Positions 1 through 8,697 of a stretch of DNA of 49,554 nt are shown piece after piece. Position numbers and translations under genes: made by a program. Within the stretch, counting starts at the first letter, position 1, and each line of letters starts with the position of its first letter. The DNA is taken from NCBI GenBank assembly GCA_012267425.1, contig JAAXGO010000073.1, positions 1 through 49,554 on the forward strand, written 5' to 3'. The DNA comes from Rhodothermales bacterium (GTDB taxonomy: Bacteria > Bacteroidota > Rhodothermia > Rhodothermales > Bin80). The notes under the pieces are model-generated. The model ran no database searches and was not told the origin of the DNA. It worked only from the letters and a program-made list of their open reading frames with translations.

Positions 1-2
1 TT

Positions 3-182
3 TGTAAGGACTGGGCAGAGTTAGGATGTGCCCGCCGTCTGGGCCTCGAAAAACTGCTGGATCGCCGTGTCTCCCGCAACCGGGTTTTGCCCATGGCAGA
101 GGGAGCCGTGGCCGCCGATGTCCTCACCATCCCCACCCCGCTCCAGGCCGAAGCCTTCCGCCTGCTCGACGTTTGTCCGTGA
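3..182 (+). CDS. 3' end of an unidentified protein-coding gene that begins upstream of the window
   Basis: This frame is open from the window edge to TGA at 180-182. Third codon positions are strongly G/C-biased, as in the confident genes. Translation: ...CARRLGLEKLLDRRVSRNRVLPMAEGAVAADVLTIPTPLQAEAFRLLDVCP*. It is missing from the ORF track only because it has no start codon in the window. No family recognised. Confidence 0.35.
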   Translation, partial: CKDWAELGCARRLGLEKLLDRRVSRNRVLPMAEGAVAADVLTIPTPLQAEAFRLLDVCP

Positions 183-375
183 ATTGTACCCAGTAGGGTA
201 CACTCAAGATTCCGCCTATCTCACAGCATCACAGGCACTTATTAGCTCCTAAGCTGTCGAACTTCAGCTTGAATCTGGCCGTGTGTTATGCCTCTGTGAA
301 GAAATAGTCCCTGAATTCGTGAAGTCGTACTTTTTCCGCAGCTTACAACGGTACCAACTACTATAAGCGTCGGCA

Positions 376-1572
376 ATGGTTTACAAGGGCACCATAGGAA
401 TCATAACGGGCGGAGGCGATGTGCCCGGACTCAATCCTGCGATCCGGGCCGTAACCATCAGGGCATCGAGAGAGGGCTACCGGGTCGTTGGGATCCGCCG
501 CGGCTGGGCAGGCCTCGTGGAGGTCATACGCGATCCAGAGGCCGACAATTCGAACAATTTTGAGGAACTGTCCGAGAACGTTGTGTCTCGGCATGGCCGC
601 ACCGGCGGCACGTTTCTCCACTCGTCTAGAACGCGGCCCACCCATCTGCCGCAGGCCAGTCTGCCCGCTCATCTGAGAGGCAAATACACGGAGGAAATCA
701 ATGATGTCACCGAAGAGGTACTCTGCAACCTGGAATTCATCGGCTTGGACTATTTGATTCCCATAGGAGGTGACGATACGCTGAGCTATGGTCAGCACCT
801 GCACTCGAAAGGCGTCAAGGTTGTGGCGATTCCCAAGACGATGGACAATGACGTTCCCGGCACGGATTATTGTATCGGCTTCGGAACCTGCGTCACCCGA
901 ACGCTGGATCTTGCACACACACTCCGTACGTCGGCAGGCTCACACGAGCGTTTCCTCGTCATCGAAGTGTTCGGGCGGTATGCCGGGTTTTCGGCCCTCT
1001 TGCCGACAATGGCGGGCGCTGCCGACAGGTGTGTGATTCCTGAGGTGGACTTCGACATCGAGCACTTGACGGATCTTCTGGTCTACGACCGGAATCGCAA
1101 TCCCAGCCGGTATTCGGTGACGCTGGTGTCGGAGGGCGCCAAGATCAAGGGTGACACGACGATGTCGTACGAGGGGACGGAAAAAGACCAGTACGGCCAC
1201 GCAAAACTCGGCGGAATCGGAGACCGCGTAGCAGCGAAGCTCAAGGAGCTGTCCCCGAAGTACAACGCGGGCCGCCGAATCAATGTCGTAAAGCAGCGCC
1301 TGGGGTATCTCGTACGCTGTGGTGCGCCTGATGCGCTTGATTCGGTCGTTCCCATGGCGTTCGGTAACCTTGCGCTCGATCTCATTCGGCGCGGCGAATC
1401 CGGACGACTCGTCAACATTCAGAACGGAGTGTACGGCAGTACTTCCCTGGAAGTGGTTGACGGGTCGCACAAGGTTGTGGACATCGAAAAGAACTACAAT
1501 GCGGAGCGTCTCCGGCCAAGCTACCATACTTTCGAGAGTGCGCCGCTTTTCATCATGACAGCCAACCTCTAA
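376..1572 (+). CDS. pfkA: 6-phosphofructokinase, PfkA family; active-site signature of the PPi-dependent type
   Basis: Full-length 398 aa. Motifs: GIITGGGDVPGLNPAIR N-terminal loop, IPIGGDDTLSYG, AIPKTMDNDVPGTDYCIGFGT. The long antisense ORFs 361-918 and 940-1644 are shadows of this gene. Confidence 0.93.
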   Translation: MVYKGTIGIITGGGDVPGLNPAIRAVTIRASREGYRVVGIRRGWAGLVEVIRDPEADNSNNFEELSENVVSRHGRTGGTFLHSSRTRPTHLPQASLPAHLRGKYTEEINDVTEEVLCNLEFIGLDYLIPIGGDDTLSYGQHLHSKGVKVVAIPKTMDNDVPGTDYCIGFGTCVTRTLDLAHTLRTSAGSHERFLVIEVFGRYAGFSALLPTMAGAADRCVIPEVDFDIEHLTDLLVYDRNRNPSRYSVTLVSEGAKIKGDTTMSYEGTEKDQYGHAKLGGIGDRVAAKLKELSPKYNAGRRINVVKQRLGYLVRCGAPDALDSVVPMAFGNLALDLIRRGESGRLVNIQNGVYGSTSLEVVDGSHKVVDIEKNYNAERLRPSYHTFESAPLFIMTANL

Positions 1573-1716
1573 CCGTTGGAATTCGGCACAAGGGCGATCA
1601 TCATAGGGCAAATATGAATGCCCAGGGATCTTGGGAGCGTGCAAACGTTAAGCTACTGTGAAGGGCCGACACGGCTTGGATTCGCAAAACTACACCATCG
1701 ACAGGAGGAAAGCGTC

Positions 1717-3219
1717 ATGCGTACTGTCACCTTGTTTGTGTCACTGGTGCTGGCAGTCCCGCTCGCGGCGGCGGCCCAGGAGATTGCCGTCAAGTCGATT
1801 CCTGTCGCGACGGGCACACAGTTCATGATATTTCCGTCAGAGAATCTGAGTATGGGTGGTGTAACCATTGCACTGGACGATCCGCTGCACGATCCGTTCG
1901 TCAATCCCGCCAAGGGAATCCGCGTACGCGGGATGCACTTCGCTGGTACACCCTCGTATTACAGTGTGAATCACAGGGACGGGTGGGTTGATGACGCAAG
2001 CAGTGCCCGTACGCTGCCCATCGGCATGGTTATGCGGAGCCGGAGAATATTCGGCGGTGCCGTACTTGCGTGGCAGGAAATGAACAAGCGCGACACGCAG
2101 GGATGCTGTTGGATCGCTGAGGACGCGTTGTCGAGTTTTGTGCATCCGAGCGATCTGAGCATCCAACAAAGCGATGGCTCCATCAATCGTAACAATGTGT
2201 ATCTCTTTGCGTTCGGGGGCAGCGAGATTTCGGGTACAAATCTATCGGTCGGTGTGAGTGCTTTCGCAGCCAATCTGAATGGTATCGAGGGGGTGCGCCT
2301 GCTTTATGCACAAGGTGATCAAGTGGACCAGGACGGGGAGATGCAGAATGTGAAGGTCGGTCTGCTGCAGCGGTGGGACGACGGGCGGTCCGCAGAGCTT
2401 ACCGCGCAGTGGCATCGCTTCAAGATGGACCACGCAATGACGCATTGGATCTGGCTGGAGGACGTGCAGCGGTCAGAGCCGGTCACGCGCATCGAGCAGG
2501 ACCACACAAGCGGCGTCGCTCTGCGCGCAGGCTACCGGCATCCCATGAAGAATGGATGGGAAGTCGGCGCCATCCTCGTAGGCGACTGGAAGACGCATCC
2601 GAAGATTCCGAATTACGATCTCATGCGCATCCCGCGCGATCCCGGCAATTCTTCCGCGTACAATATCGGAGTTGGCTTCGCCCGAAGGGTCGGACGGGCT
2701 ACCTACGGATTCGACCTAATCTACGAGCCCATCTGGAGCCACACGTGGGCCAACGCAGTTGAGGACATCACACGCGACGACGAGGTGCTCGTACGCGCGG
2801 GCGAAATGACGGTGGAGAATTACTTTCGCTTCCGGAACGCCATATTTCGTATGGGTGCCCGGCATGCCGGCAAGAAGCTCGAATTTGGCGTAGGGCTGAA
2901 TCTCCATGTGATCGGCTACCAGCTTAATCAGTACAATTTCGTGGAACGGTTCAAGCGAGAGCAGGACGAAAGCTGGGGAGAATGGACACTGACAACCGGG
3001 CTAGGCTACAACTTCACGGCATTCCGGATGCAGTATCTGAGTCTTGTAACTCTAGGAACCGGGAGACCTGGGATCGATGAGCGGACTGCTCGGGCGGAAA
3101 GCGGCTTCTTTGATGCCTCGGCAGACTTTATTGTCGCACCACACGGGTCGCTGGCACTGGCGGACGCGGTTGTCTGGACGCATCGGGTGTCGCTTCTCAT
3201 TCCGCTGAGCCAGCAGTAA
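1717..3219 (+). CDS. Exported hypothetical protein, possibly an outer-membrane beta-barrel
   Basis: Internal ATG at 1717 is preceded by AGGAGGA at 1703-1709 and opens with a classical signal peptide, MRTVTLFVSLVLAVPLAAAAQE. The track start at 1618 adds 33 non-signal residues. The rest is rich in short alternating hydrophobic/aromatic strands and G/N/D turns. No named family recognised. Confidence 0.6.
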   Translation: MRTVTLFVSLVLAVPLAAAAQEIAVKSIPVATGTQFMIFPSENLSMGGVTIALDDPLHDPFVNPAKGIRVRGMHFAGTPSYYSVNHRDGWVDDASSARTLPIGMVMRSRRIFGGAVLAWQEMNKRDTQGCCWIAEDALSSFVHPSDLSIQQSDGSINRNNVYLFAFGGSEISGTNLSVGVSAFAANLNGIEGVRLLYAQGDQVDQDGEMQNVKVGLLQRWDDGRSAELTAQWHRFKMDHAMTHWIWLEDVQRSEPVTRIEQDHTSGVALRAGYRHPMKNGWEVGAILVGDWKTHPKIPNYDLMRIPRDPGNSSAYNIGVGFARRVGRATYGFDLIYEPIWSHTWANAVEDITRDDEVLVRAGEMTVENYFRFRNAIFRMGARHAGKKLEFGVGLNLHVIGYQLNQYNFVERFKREQDESWGEWTLTTGLGYNFTAFRMQYLSLVTLGTGRPGIDERTARAESGFFDASADFIVAPHGSLALADAVVWTHRVSLLIPLSQQ

Positions 3220-3616
3220 TCAAGGCTGTTTGATGCTGCTGCACGCTGGGTGGGGGAGTACTCCAAAGAGGGGAAGCCATGCCATCGCCGTGCATGAACG
3301 TGTTGAGCATGGCCGTATCACCTCACCGCGGAGCGCATCCACCGTATAGGAACGCAATCTCCTCAGGCTGATTCAACCGCACTTGCCGAGGTGGTTGTCG
3401 GCGAGCCTGTTGTTTTGACGATCGTCGCATCGTTGGCATCGAAAAGAACGAGACTACAGGTACTCCGATCTCATAAGTGCACGGATTGGAATCCGTCAGT
3501 ATGCCGCCCCAGGGAACCTCGAGCGAGGCCTTTTCATACAGGCTCACAGGCTGTAATCGGCCACGCTGCCTGCGAAGGCCGCAGAATGTTGACAGGTGCA
3601 CGCACTGCGAGAGGCA

Positions 3617-4174
3617 ATGGATACCGTCTACCTTGTAAGCGCTCTGGTCGGTGGTTTTTTCGTTTTGCTTTCGATGTTTGGTGGGGGCGATGCGGACGTG
3701 GAAATCGATGCAGAAGCGGATTTTGACATCGATGCGGACGTGGATGTCGACCCTGGTGCAGGGCCGGGATTCATCGATCTCTTTTCGTTGCGCACGCTGT
3801 TTCTATTTATGGCCTTCTTCGGGCTTTGTGGCGTATTGCTTGCGCTGACCGACGTCGGGGAACTTGTGCGCGCGGTGATGTCTTTTGCCACTGGGGCAGT
3901 CATCGGCCTCGGCGGCAACTGGGTCGTCAAACGCGTTGCGTTCCAGCATATTTCGAGCACGGTTACGGGGATGGATCTCAAGGGTCGTTCGGGTCATGTG
4001 ATCATCCCTTTCGGACGCGACGATCGAGGCAAGATCGTTGTTACCGGCAAGGGTCAGCGAAGGCACTTGGTTGCATGTGCATTTGAAGAGGCGGAGGCGT
4101 CGTTCGAGCCCGGTGACGAGGTCGTCATCGTCCGAGTTGACGGCGGAGTCGCGGAAGTGGTCAAGCCTTCCTGA
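3617..4174 (+). CDS. NfeD-family membrane protein (YqiJ-like)
   Basis: ATG at 3617 follows GAGAGG at 3609-3614. The protein has a TM helix, an Asp-rich loop (GGGDADVEIDAEADFDIDADVDVDPG) and two more TM helices. The C-terminus is an OB-fold-like NfeD domain (GKIVVTGKGQRRHLVACAF...GDEVVIVRVDGGVAEVVKP). It lies directly upstream of a flotillin gene, the canonical pairing. Confidence 0.8.
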   Translation: MDTVYLVSALVGGFFVLLSMFGGGDADVEIDAEADFDIDADVDVDPGAGPGFIDLFSLRTLFLFMAFFGLCGVLLALTDVGELVRAVMSFATGAVIGLGGNWVVKRVAFQHISSTVTGMDLKGRSGHVIIPFGRDDRGKIVVTGKGQRRHLVACAFEEAEASFEPGDEVVIVRVDGGVAEVVKPS

Positions 4175-4250
4175 TCAGAGCGTCCGATTCACCCACCCTG
4201 TGCAGCCAGCGATTTTGGGCCGCACAACACTATAAACACGGAGTATCGCT

Positions 4251-5489
4251 ATGGGACCCGGACTCATTATCGCGGGCGTAATCATTGCGGGCATTCTTGC
4301 CATCGTCGGACTCATCCGTGCAAATCTTAAGATTTGCCAGCCGAATGAGGTGTTGATTTTCAGCGGGCGCACCCACGCGCTCGCCGACGGCAGCTCGGTG
4401 GGCTACAGGGTTGTACAGGGTGGGCGCGGGTTTCGTGTGCCGCTGCTGGAGAAGGTGGATCGTCTCCAACTTAACACGATCCCGATTGACATCACGGTGA
4501 CGAATGCGTACTCGAAGGGAGGCATTCCGCTTACGGTGCGGGCCATTGCTAACGTCAAAGTGGCCTCCAACGAGTCGGAGTTGGCGAATGCTGTCGAGCG
4601 GCTGCTCGGCAAGGTTCTGGTCGACATTCAGACGATTGCTAAGGAGACGCTTGAGGGAAACTTGCGTGGCGTGCTCGCCACGCTGACGCCGGAAGAAGTG
4701 AACGAGGACCGGCTGAAGTTTGCAAAAGAGCTGCTGGCGGAAGCCGACAACGACTTGAGCAATCTTGGGCTGCAGCTCGACACGATGAAGATTCAGAGCG
4801 TCGAAGACGACGTCGGATATCTTGACGCTATCGGACGGCAGCAGTCCGCGCACATCATCGCCGCCGCGCGCGTGGCGGAAGCCGAGAAAAAGGAACAGGC
4901 CCGTGTTGCGGAGGCGCAGGCGAATAAGGCCATCGAGGAGGCAGAAAACGACTTGCGCATCTTGAAGGCGCGCCTGGCAGCCAAAGCCGAGGCGGAAGAG
5001 GCAAGGATTTCGGTCGCGGCAGACGTCGCCGAAGCACGCGCGAAGCAGGAGTTGGCGCTTGAAGAAATCAAGCTGGCTGAAAAGCGCCAGCGTGCGGAGG
5101 TCGTCGTAAAGGCTGAAGCCGAGCGCGCAGCGAAGGAAAAAATTGCCAAGGGCAACGCGGCTCGCATCCTAGAAGACGGGCAAGCCGAGGTCGAAGTCCT
5201 CAGGCAAAAGCTGTCCCTATGGCATGAGGCAGGCTCTGATGCCGAGCGCCTCTTCCTTATTCAGATGCTGCCTGACATCCTGTCACAGGTCGTCCAAACA
5301 GTGGACAATCTTCAGATTGATCGTCTCACCGTCGTGGACAGTGGCCAGGGAAGTGGCGTACCGTCGGTTTTTAATCAGATTGCGGGATCTACGCCCGCGC
5401 TTCTGGAAAGCCTCAAGGCATCGACCGGCATCGATATAGCCGGAATGCTTAGCCACGCCGCGCAGTCGAAATCGCCGGTGGAGGAGTAG
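4251..5489 (+). CDS. SPFH/band-7 flotillin-family protein (YqiK-like)
   Basis: N-terminal TM helix (GLIIAGVIIAGILAIVGLI) and an SPFH core (ICQPNEVLIFSGR...VPLLEKVDRLQLNTIPIDI). A long Ala/Glu-rich coiled-coil flotillin region follows. It is paired with the upstream NfeD gene. Confidence 0.9.
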   Translation: MGPGLIIAGVIIAGILAIVGLIRANLKICQPNEVLIFSGRTHALADGSSVGYRVVQGGRGFRVPLLEKVDRLQLNTIPIDITVTNAYSKGGIPLTVRAIANVKVASNESELANAVERLLGKVLVDIQTIAKETLEGNLRGVLATLTPEEVNEDRLKFAKELLAEADNDLSNLGLQLDTMKIQSVEDDVGYLDAIGRQQSAHIIAAARVAEAEKKEQARVAEAQANKAIEEAENDLRILKARLAAKAEAEEARISVAADVAEARAKQELALEEIKLAEKRQRAEVVVKAEAERAAKEKIAKGNAARILEDGQAEVEVLRQKLSLWHEAGSDAERLFLIQMLPDILSQVVQTVDNLQIDRLTVVDSGQGSGVPSVFNQIAGSTPALLESLKASTGIDIAGMLSHAAQSKSPVEE

Positions 5490-5526
5490 GTCTTTCTTGG
5501 AGACATCTTCTGTCACGTGAGAGTGA

Positions 5527-5901
5527 GTGACGGTCCCAATGCTCCGGATCCACTCTACCGTTCGACCTTACGTCAGTCGTGAGCAGGCACGTCGCCGAAC
5601 TCCAGCGCGCGGACTGAAGCTTCGGTCTTCCTTCTTGAGGTCGCCGCCGATCGAGATGGTGAGGGCGCGTCTGGCCGTTGCTTACGCCTTCGAAGTCTGC
5701 ACTGCCCACCCGCTGCGCGACGGCGATAAGCGGATCTCTTTCCTGGCCGCCGTCATCTTTCTCGGTCTCAACGGATTCAATATCGTCGCCCCAGAAGATG
5801 AAGTGGTCGAGCGGATGCTGGCGTTAGCATCCGGCGGGCTGGATGAGGAGGCGGTCGACGATTGGCTCCGGGGACGGATCACGCCGCGGCCAGGTGTCTG
5901 A
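5527..5901 (+). CDS. Fic/Doc-family death-on-curing-like toxin, divergent
   Basis: 124 aa, a Doc-like length. The motif AHPLRDGDKRISFLAAVIFLGLNG sits at the position of the Doc motif HxFxD(A/G)NKRTA. The upstream residues LRIHS...RGLKLRSSFLRSP resemble the conserved Doc N-terminus. GTG start. No antitoxin ORF lies upstream. Confidence 0.5.
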   Translation: MTVPMLRIHSTVRPYVSREQARRRTPARGLKLRSSFLRSPPIEMVRARLAVAYAFEVCTAHPLRDGDKRISFLAAVIFLGLNGFNIVAPEDEVVERMLALASGGLDEEAVDDWLRGRITPRPGV

Positions 5902-5910
5902 CGGGTGCAC

Positions 5911-7131
5911 TCAACCGGCCGGCGCGATATGCTCCGGCCGCACGCCGACACCAACGATTCGTGCGGTGATCCGCTGTAGTGCGGGAAGGCGGGAGATGGC
6001 GCGTACCGCCAGCGGCGGCCGTAAGGGCCTCGATACATCGCGCACGAGCAGGCGTCTCATCACGGTGTCTTGAACGGTGATCTGCACGCGTTGCGTGATA
6101 CGGGTCGGGAAAAAGCGCCGCTTCTGCACTGACGCCAGATCGGCGTCCGTCAGCGCGCCCTCCCTGAGCGGTCTGGCGATCTGGTTGGCGCATGCGACCG
6201 CGTCCTGAATTGCGAGATTGATGCCGACCCCGCCGATCGGCGACATCGCATGGGCAGCATCGCCGATACAGAGCAGTCCCGGGCGGTGCCACCGGCGTAG
6301 CCGATCCACCGCCACGGTGAGCAGCTTGACATCGTCCCAGCTTGCGATTTCCTGCACGCGATCGGCGGCGAAGACCGCGAGTTCGGCGACGGCTGCACGA
6401 AAAGCCTCGATCCCGCGTGCGCGCAAGTCGGAGGTGGCGCCCTTCGGAATCACGTACCCGAACTGCCAATGTGTGCTGCGGCTGATCATGACCAGGATCC
6501 GGCCCGCCGCAAAATGCCCGATCGGATCTGCCGGATCACCGATCCGCTTCGACAGGCGAAACCACAGTACGTCCATCGGGGCGTCGAATTCCTCGACTTC
6601 GAGCGCGGAGTGGGCGCGTGCGGTGGATGATCTTCCATCGGCGCCGATCACGAGATCGGTTCGAATCTCCAGGTTGCCTGCGGGCGAACTGGCCCGCACC
6701 CCACATATGCGGCAGTCTTCCTCCAACAGGCCCGTAACCTCCGTCTCCATGCGCAGTTCGAAAGCGCTATACTGCCGGCCCTGGTGGGCAAGGAAATCGA
6801 GGAACTCCCACTGCGGCATGAACACAATGAACCCACAACGCGTCGGCAGACGCGTGAAGTCGGCCACCCGGAAGCGCATCGTGCCGAACTGCCCGTAGAC
6901 GTGGTACGCCTTGTAGTGCGGCAGCTCCAGGAACTCGTTTAGCACGCCCAACTCGTGCATCAGCTCGAGCGTCGACGGGTGGATGGTGTCGCCCCGGAAG
7001 TCCCTGAGGAAGTCGCTATGCTTCTCGAGCACGACGGTCCGAACACCGGCGCGCGCGAGCAGCACTCCCAACATCATGCCGGCCGGCCCACCGCCGACGA
7101 TGCAGCATGTAGTGTCAAGAGCTGATGTCAT
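5911..7131 (-). CDS. FAD-dependent monooxygenase (UbiH/aromatic-ring hydroxylase family)
   Basis: GxGxxG dinucleotide fold CCIVGGGPAGMMLGVLLARAGVRTVVLEKH. Second FAD motif LLCIGDAAHAMSPIGGVGINLAIQDA. 406 aa. Confidence 0.9.
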   Translation of the reverse strand: MTSALDTTCCIVGGGPAGMMLGVLLARAGVRTVVLEKHSDFLRDFRGDTIHPSTLELMHELGVLNEFLELPHYKAYHVYGQFGTMRFRVADFTRLPTRCGFIVFMPQWEFLDFLAHQGRQYSAFELRMETEVTGLLEEDCRICGVRASSPAGNLEIRTDLVIGADGRSSTARAHSALEVEEFDAPMDVLWFRLSKRIGDPADPIGHFAAGRILVMISRSTHWQFGYVIPKGATSDLRARGIEAFRAAVAELAVFAADRVQEIASWDDVKLLTVAVDRLRRWHRPGLLCIGDAAHAMSPIGGVGINLAIQDAVACANQIARPLREGALTDADLASVQKRRFFPTRITQRVQITVQDTVMRRLLVRDVSRPLRPPLAVRAISRLPALQRITARIVGVGVRPEHIAPAG

Positions 7132-7500
7132 TTAGACCTCAGCTTGCACGTGAAACGGAGGTGGCATCGACGCTGGTTGGCCAGCGGATCGGGGGACCCT
7201 TCCAGGGCCGGGTTGAGGAAATCCAGCAGCACCAGGCAGATCGCCTCCTGATCGCGGATCTGGGCGTGCCGTGTGAAAGCACCTGCCGGGCAGCGCCATG
7301 CTGTCCGGGGACATCGCGCAGGTTGATCGTCGCGTGCGTAGTCCGTTTGGGCGAGTAGATGCGCGAAAGGGAATCAACGTGGGGTCGGGAACCCGCCCCG
7401 CTCGGACGCGCACTTTACCGCCGTGCCCGACCGGCACGTCAAGTCCCATCATGGCGTTGAAGAGGGTGGTCTTGCCGGACCTGCCGAAGCCCGAATAGCG
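7132..7500 (-). pseudogene. Truncated, multiply frameshifted remnant of a YchF/Obg-like P-loop GTPase
   Basis: Minus-strand pieces lie in successive frames:
- RYSGFGRSGKTTLFNAMMGL...VRVRAGRVPDPT (Walker A)
- VDSLSRIYSPKRTTHATINL
- RDVPGQHGAARQ
- HAQIRDQEAICLVLLDFLNPALEGSPDPLANQ
There is no start codon (TAG immediately upstream at 7504-7506). Only about the first third of such a protein is present, and it ends against the monooxygenase start. Confidence 0.6.
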
Positions 7501-7581
7501 GAGCTATTTGCCAGAGGAGCAACGCAGAGCGGCGCTTTGGAGATCAGGATAGCAAATGAAGCATGACATTTGTAAAGTCTC

Positions 7582-8370
7582 GTGACAGGGAAGAGCGTGA
7601 TGCCGCGGCCAGCACGGATGCATCGCCGCCCGAATGCAGCGATTATTCCACGGGCTGGTGTATGGGACTGCGGTAAGGATCAAGTAGCCGAGGCGGCAAT
7701 GCCCGGATTCCATCAGCATATCCAGGACGCCATCCGCATCAACAGACGACGTCGGCCGACATACGATGCGATGGCTGGCAGACCGGCCCGGAGAGTATCG
7801 GACCTGCTTATCCGCACGGAGTACTTCTGTCAGCCCTTCGCGCTGGTTTTCGACCGCCGCGCCAGAAGGTTCAACCGGATCGGGATCCCGATAATTCGGG
7901 ATGATTTCGTGTCCATGGAAGAGATCCGGGATCCTCGTGACCCGCCCACCTACTCGAACCGTGCGGGGCGAGGCGAATTCCGAGCTGTGAGTGCAGAGCT
8001 GGATGAATACAAACGATGTCTCAGAGACAGTGCTAAGACCCTAGATTTCGAGCAGGCTGCGTGTGATACTGCACAGATGCTGATGGCTGTAGCGGAACGG
8101 GAGGCACGCTGCGAAGCACATTTTGCAATGGTGCGGCACTTGCTGGAATCCATCGGCCTTGCCGCCGTGAATGCGATCCGCTTCGCAGAGCTGAGCACGG
8201 GCAAGACACGGCCGCTGTCTCGAAGTCTGCTGCTATTCCAGGCTAAAGGAATGCGGACTGCGGTGACGTTGGACCGGTGGGCGCAGGAGGTTCATGCTTT
8301 GGGCGTCGGCATTGTCGTCAACGATCTTCCACCGATACCGTTTCCTGCGCCCTGGGCCGACAAGCCCTGA
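7582..8370 (+). CDS. Hypothetical protein, no family recognised
   Basis: 789-nt ORF with codon bias like neighbouring genes. The listed start is GTG. The internal ATG at 7699 (MPGFHQHIQ..., preceded by GAGG) is a more likely start. No signal peptide or TM helix, and no motif I can name. Confidence 0.5.
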   Translation: MTGKSVMPRPARMHRRPNAAIIPRAGVWDCGKDQVAEAAMPGFHQHIQDAIRINRRRRPTYDAMAGRPARRVSDLLIRTEYFCQPFALVFDRRARRFNRIGIPIIRDDFVSMEEIRDPRDPPTYSNRAGRGEFRAVSAELDEYKRCLRDSAKTLDFEQAACDTAQMLMAVAEREARCEAHFAMVRHLLESIGLAAVNAIRFAELSTGKTRPLSRSLLLFQAKGMRTAVTLDRWAQEVHALGVGIVVNDLPPIPFPAPWADKP

Positions 8371-8386
8371 GCCCCCGCCAATTCCG

Positions 8387-8665
8387 TCAGCTCACACCGA
8401 CTCGCGAACGCCGCCGCTCCAGCCTGGCTCCCGCGATCTCCACCAGGCGCCGCAACTCGGTGATCGGCTCCTCGTGATCATCGATCTGGGGGCGCAACAC
8501 GACATCGTTGTTGAGCCAGACGCCCCCGTCCTCCTGGACGATGAGCATCGCCGCACTGCCATCGCCCCGGCGAAGCGGAGTTTGGTGCCGGCGTCGCCAG
8601 CTGTTGTCGTGACTGCAGCTTTGGCCATTGCCGTTGCCGGGCAACTCGGTGGGGTTCGTGTGCAT
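8387..8665 (-). CDS. Small hypothetical protein (uncertain)
   Basis: 92-aa ORF downstream of, and co-directional with, the PIN gene. The C-terminal half (MLIVQEDGGVWLNNDVVLRPQIDDHEEPITELRRLVEIAGARLERRR) looks protein-like. The overlapping plus-strand ORF 8294-8737 looks like antisense noise. Confidence 0.3.
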   Translation of the reverse strand: MHTNPTELPGNGNGQSCSHDNSWRRRHQTPLRRGDGSAAMLIVQEDGGVWLNNDVVLRPQIDDHEEPITELRRLVEIAGARLERRRSRVGVS

Positions 8666-8697
8666 GTTCGGAATAATCTCTTCTTCCTGGCTGCTTA

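Noticed and set aside
940-1644. 234-aa minus-strand ORF. Many other long ORFs are of the same kind: 361-918(-), 4230-4853(-), 5879-6469(-), 6218-6898(+), 9281-9961(+), 18269-19105(-), 19461-20126(-), 25111-25758(-), 35576-36262(+), 41882-42766(+) and 43572-44426(+).
   Set aside because: Each lies antisense to, or out of frame within, a gene with clear family signatures. Their translations are Arg/Pro/Ser/Gly-rich with no motifs, as expected for shadow ORFs in high-GC DNA.
1618-1716. N-terminal extensions proposed by the ORF track at 1618, 12728, 12764(-), 19810, 27115(-) and 30573.
   Set aside because: In each case an internal ATG gives a canonical signal peptide, lipobox or conserved family N-terminus, sometimes with a Shine-Dalgarno-like purine run. 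The extended residues look non-coding. Shorter coordinates were used.
3481-3496. Hairpin acggattggaatccgt, resembling a tRNA T-arm, in the 375-nt gap upstream of the NfeD gene.
   Set aside because: The loop is 6 nt rather than 7. No complementary acceptor stem, D-arm or anticodon arm can be drawn in the flanking 80 nt. It is not a tRNA or tmRNA. It may be a small structural or regulatory hairpin, but I cannot support that.
6658-6670. GGTTCGAATCTCC, a T-loop-like string.
   Set aside because: It lies inside the FAD monooxygenase coding region with no surrounding cloverleaf. Coincidental.
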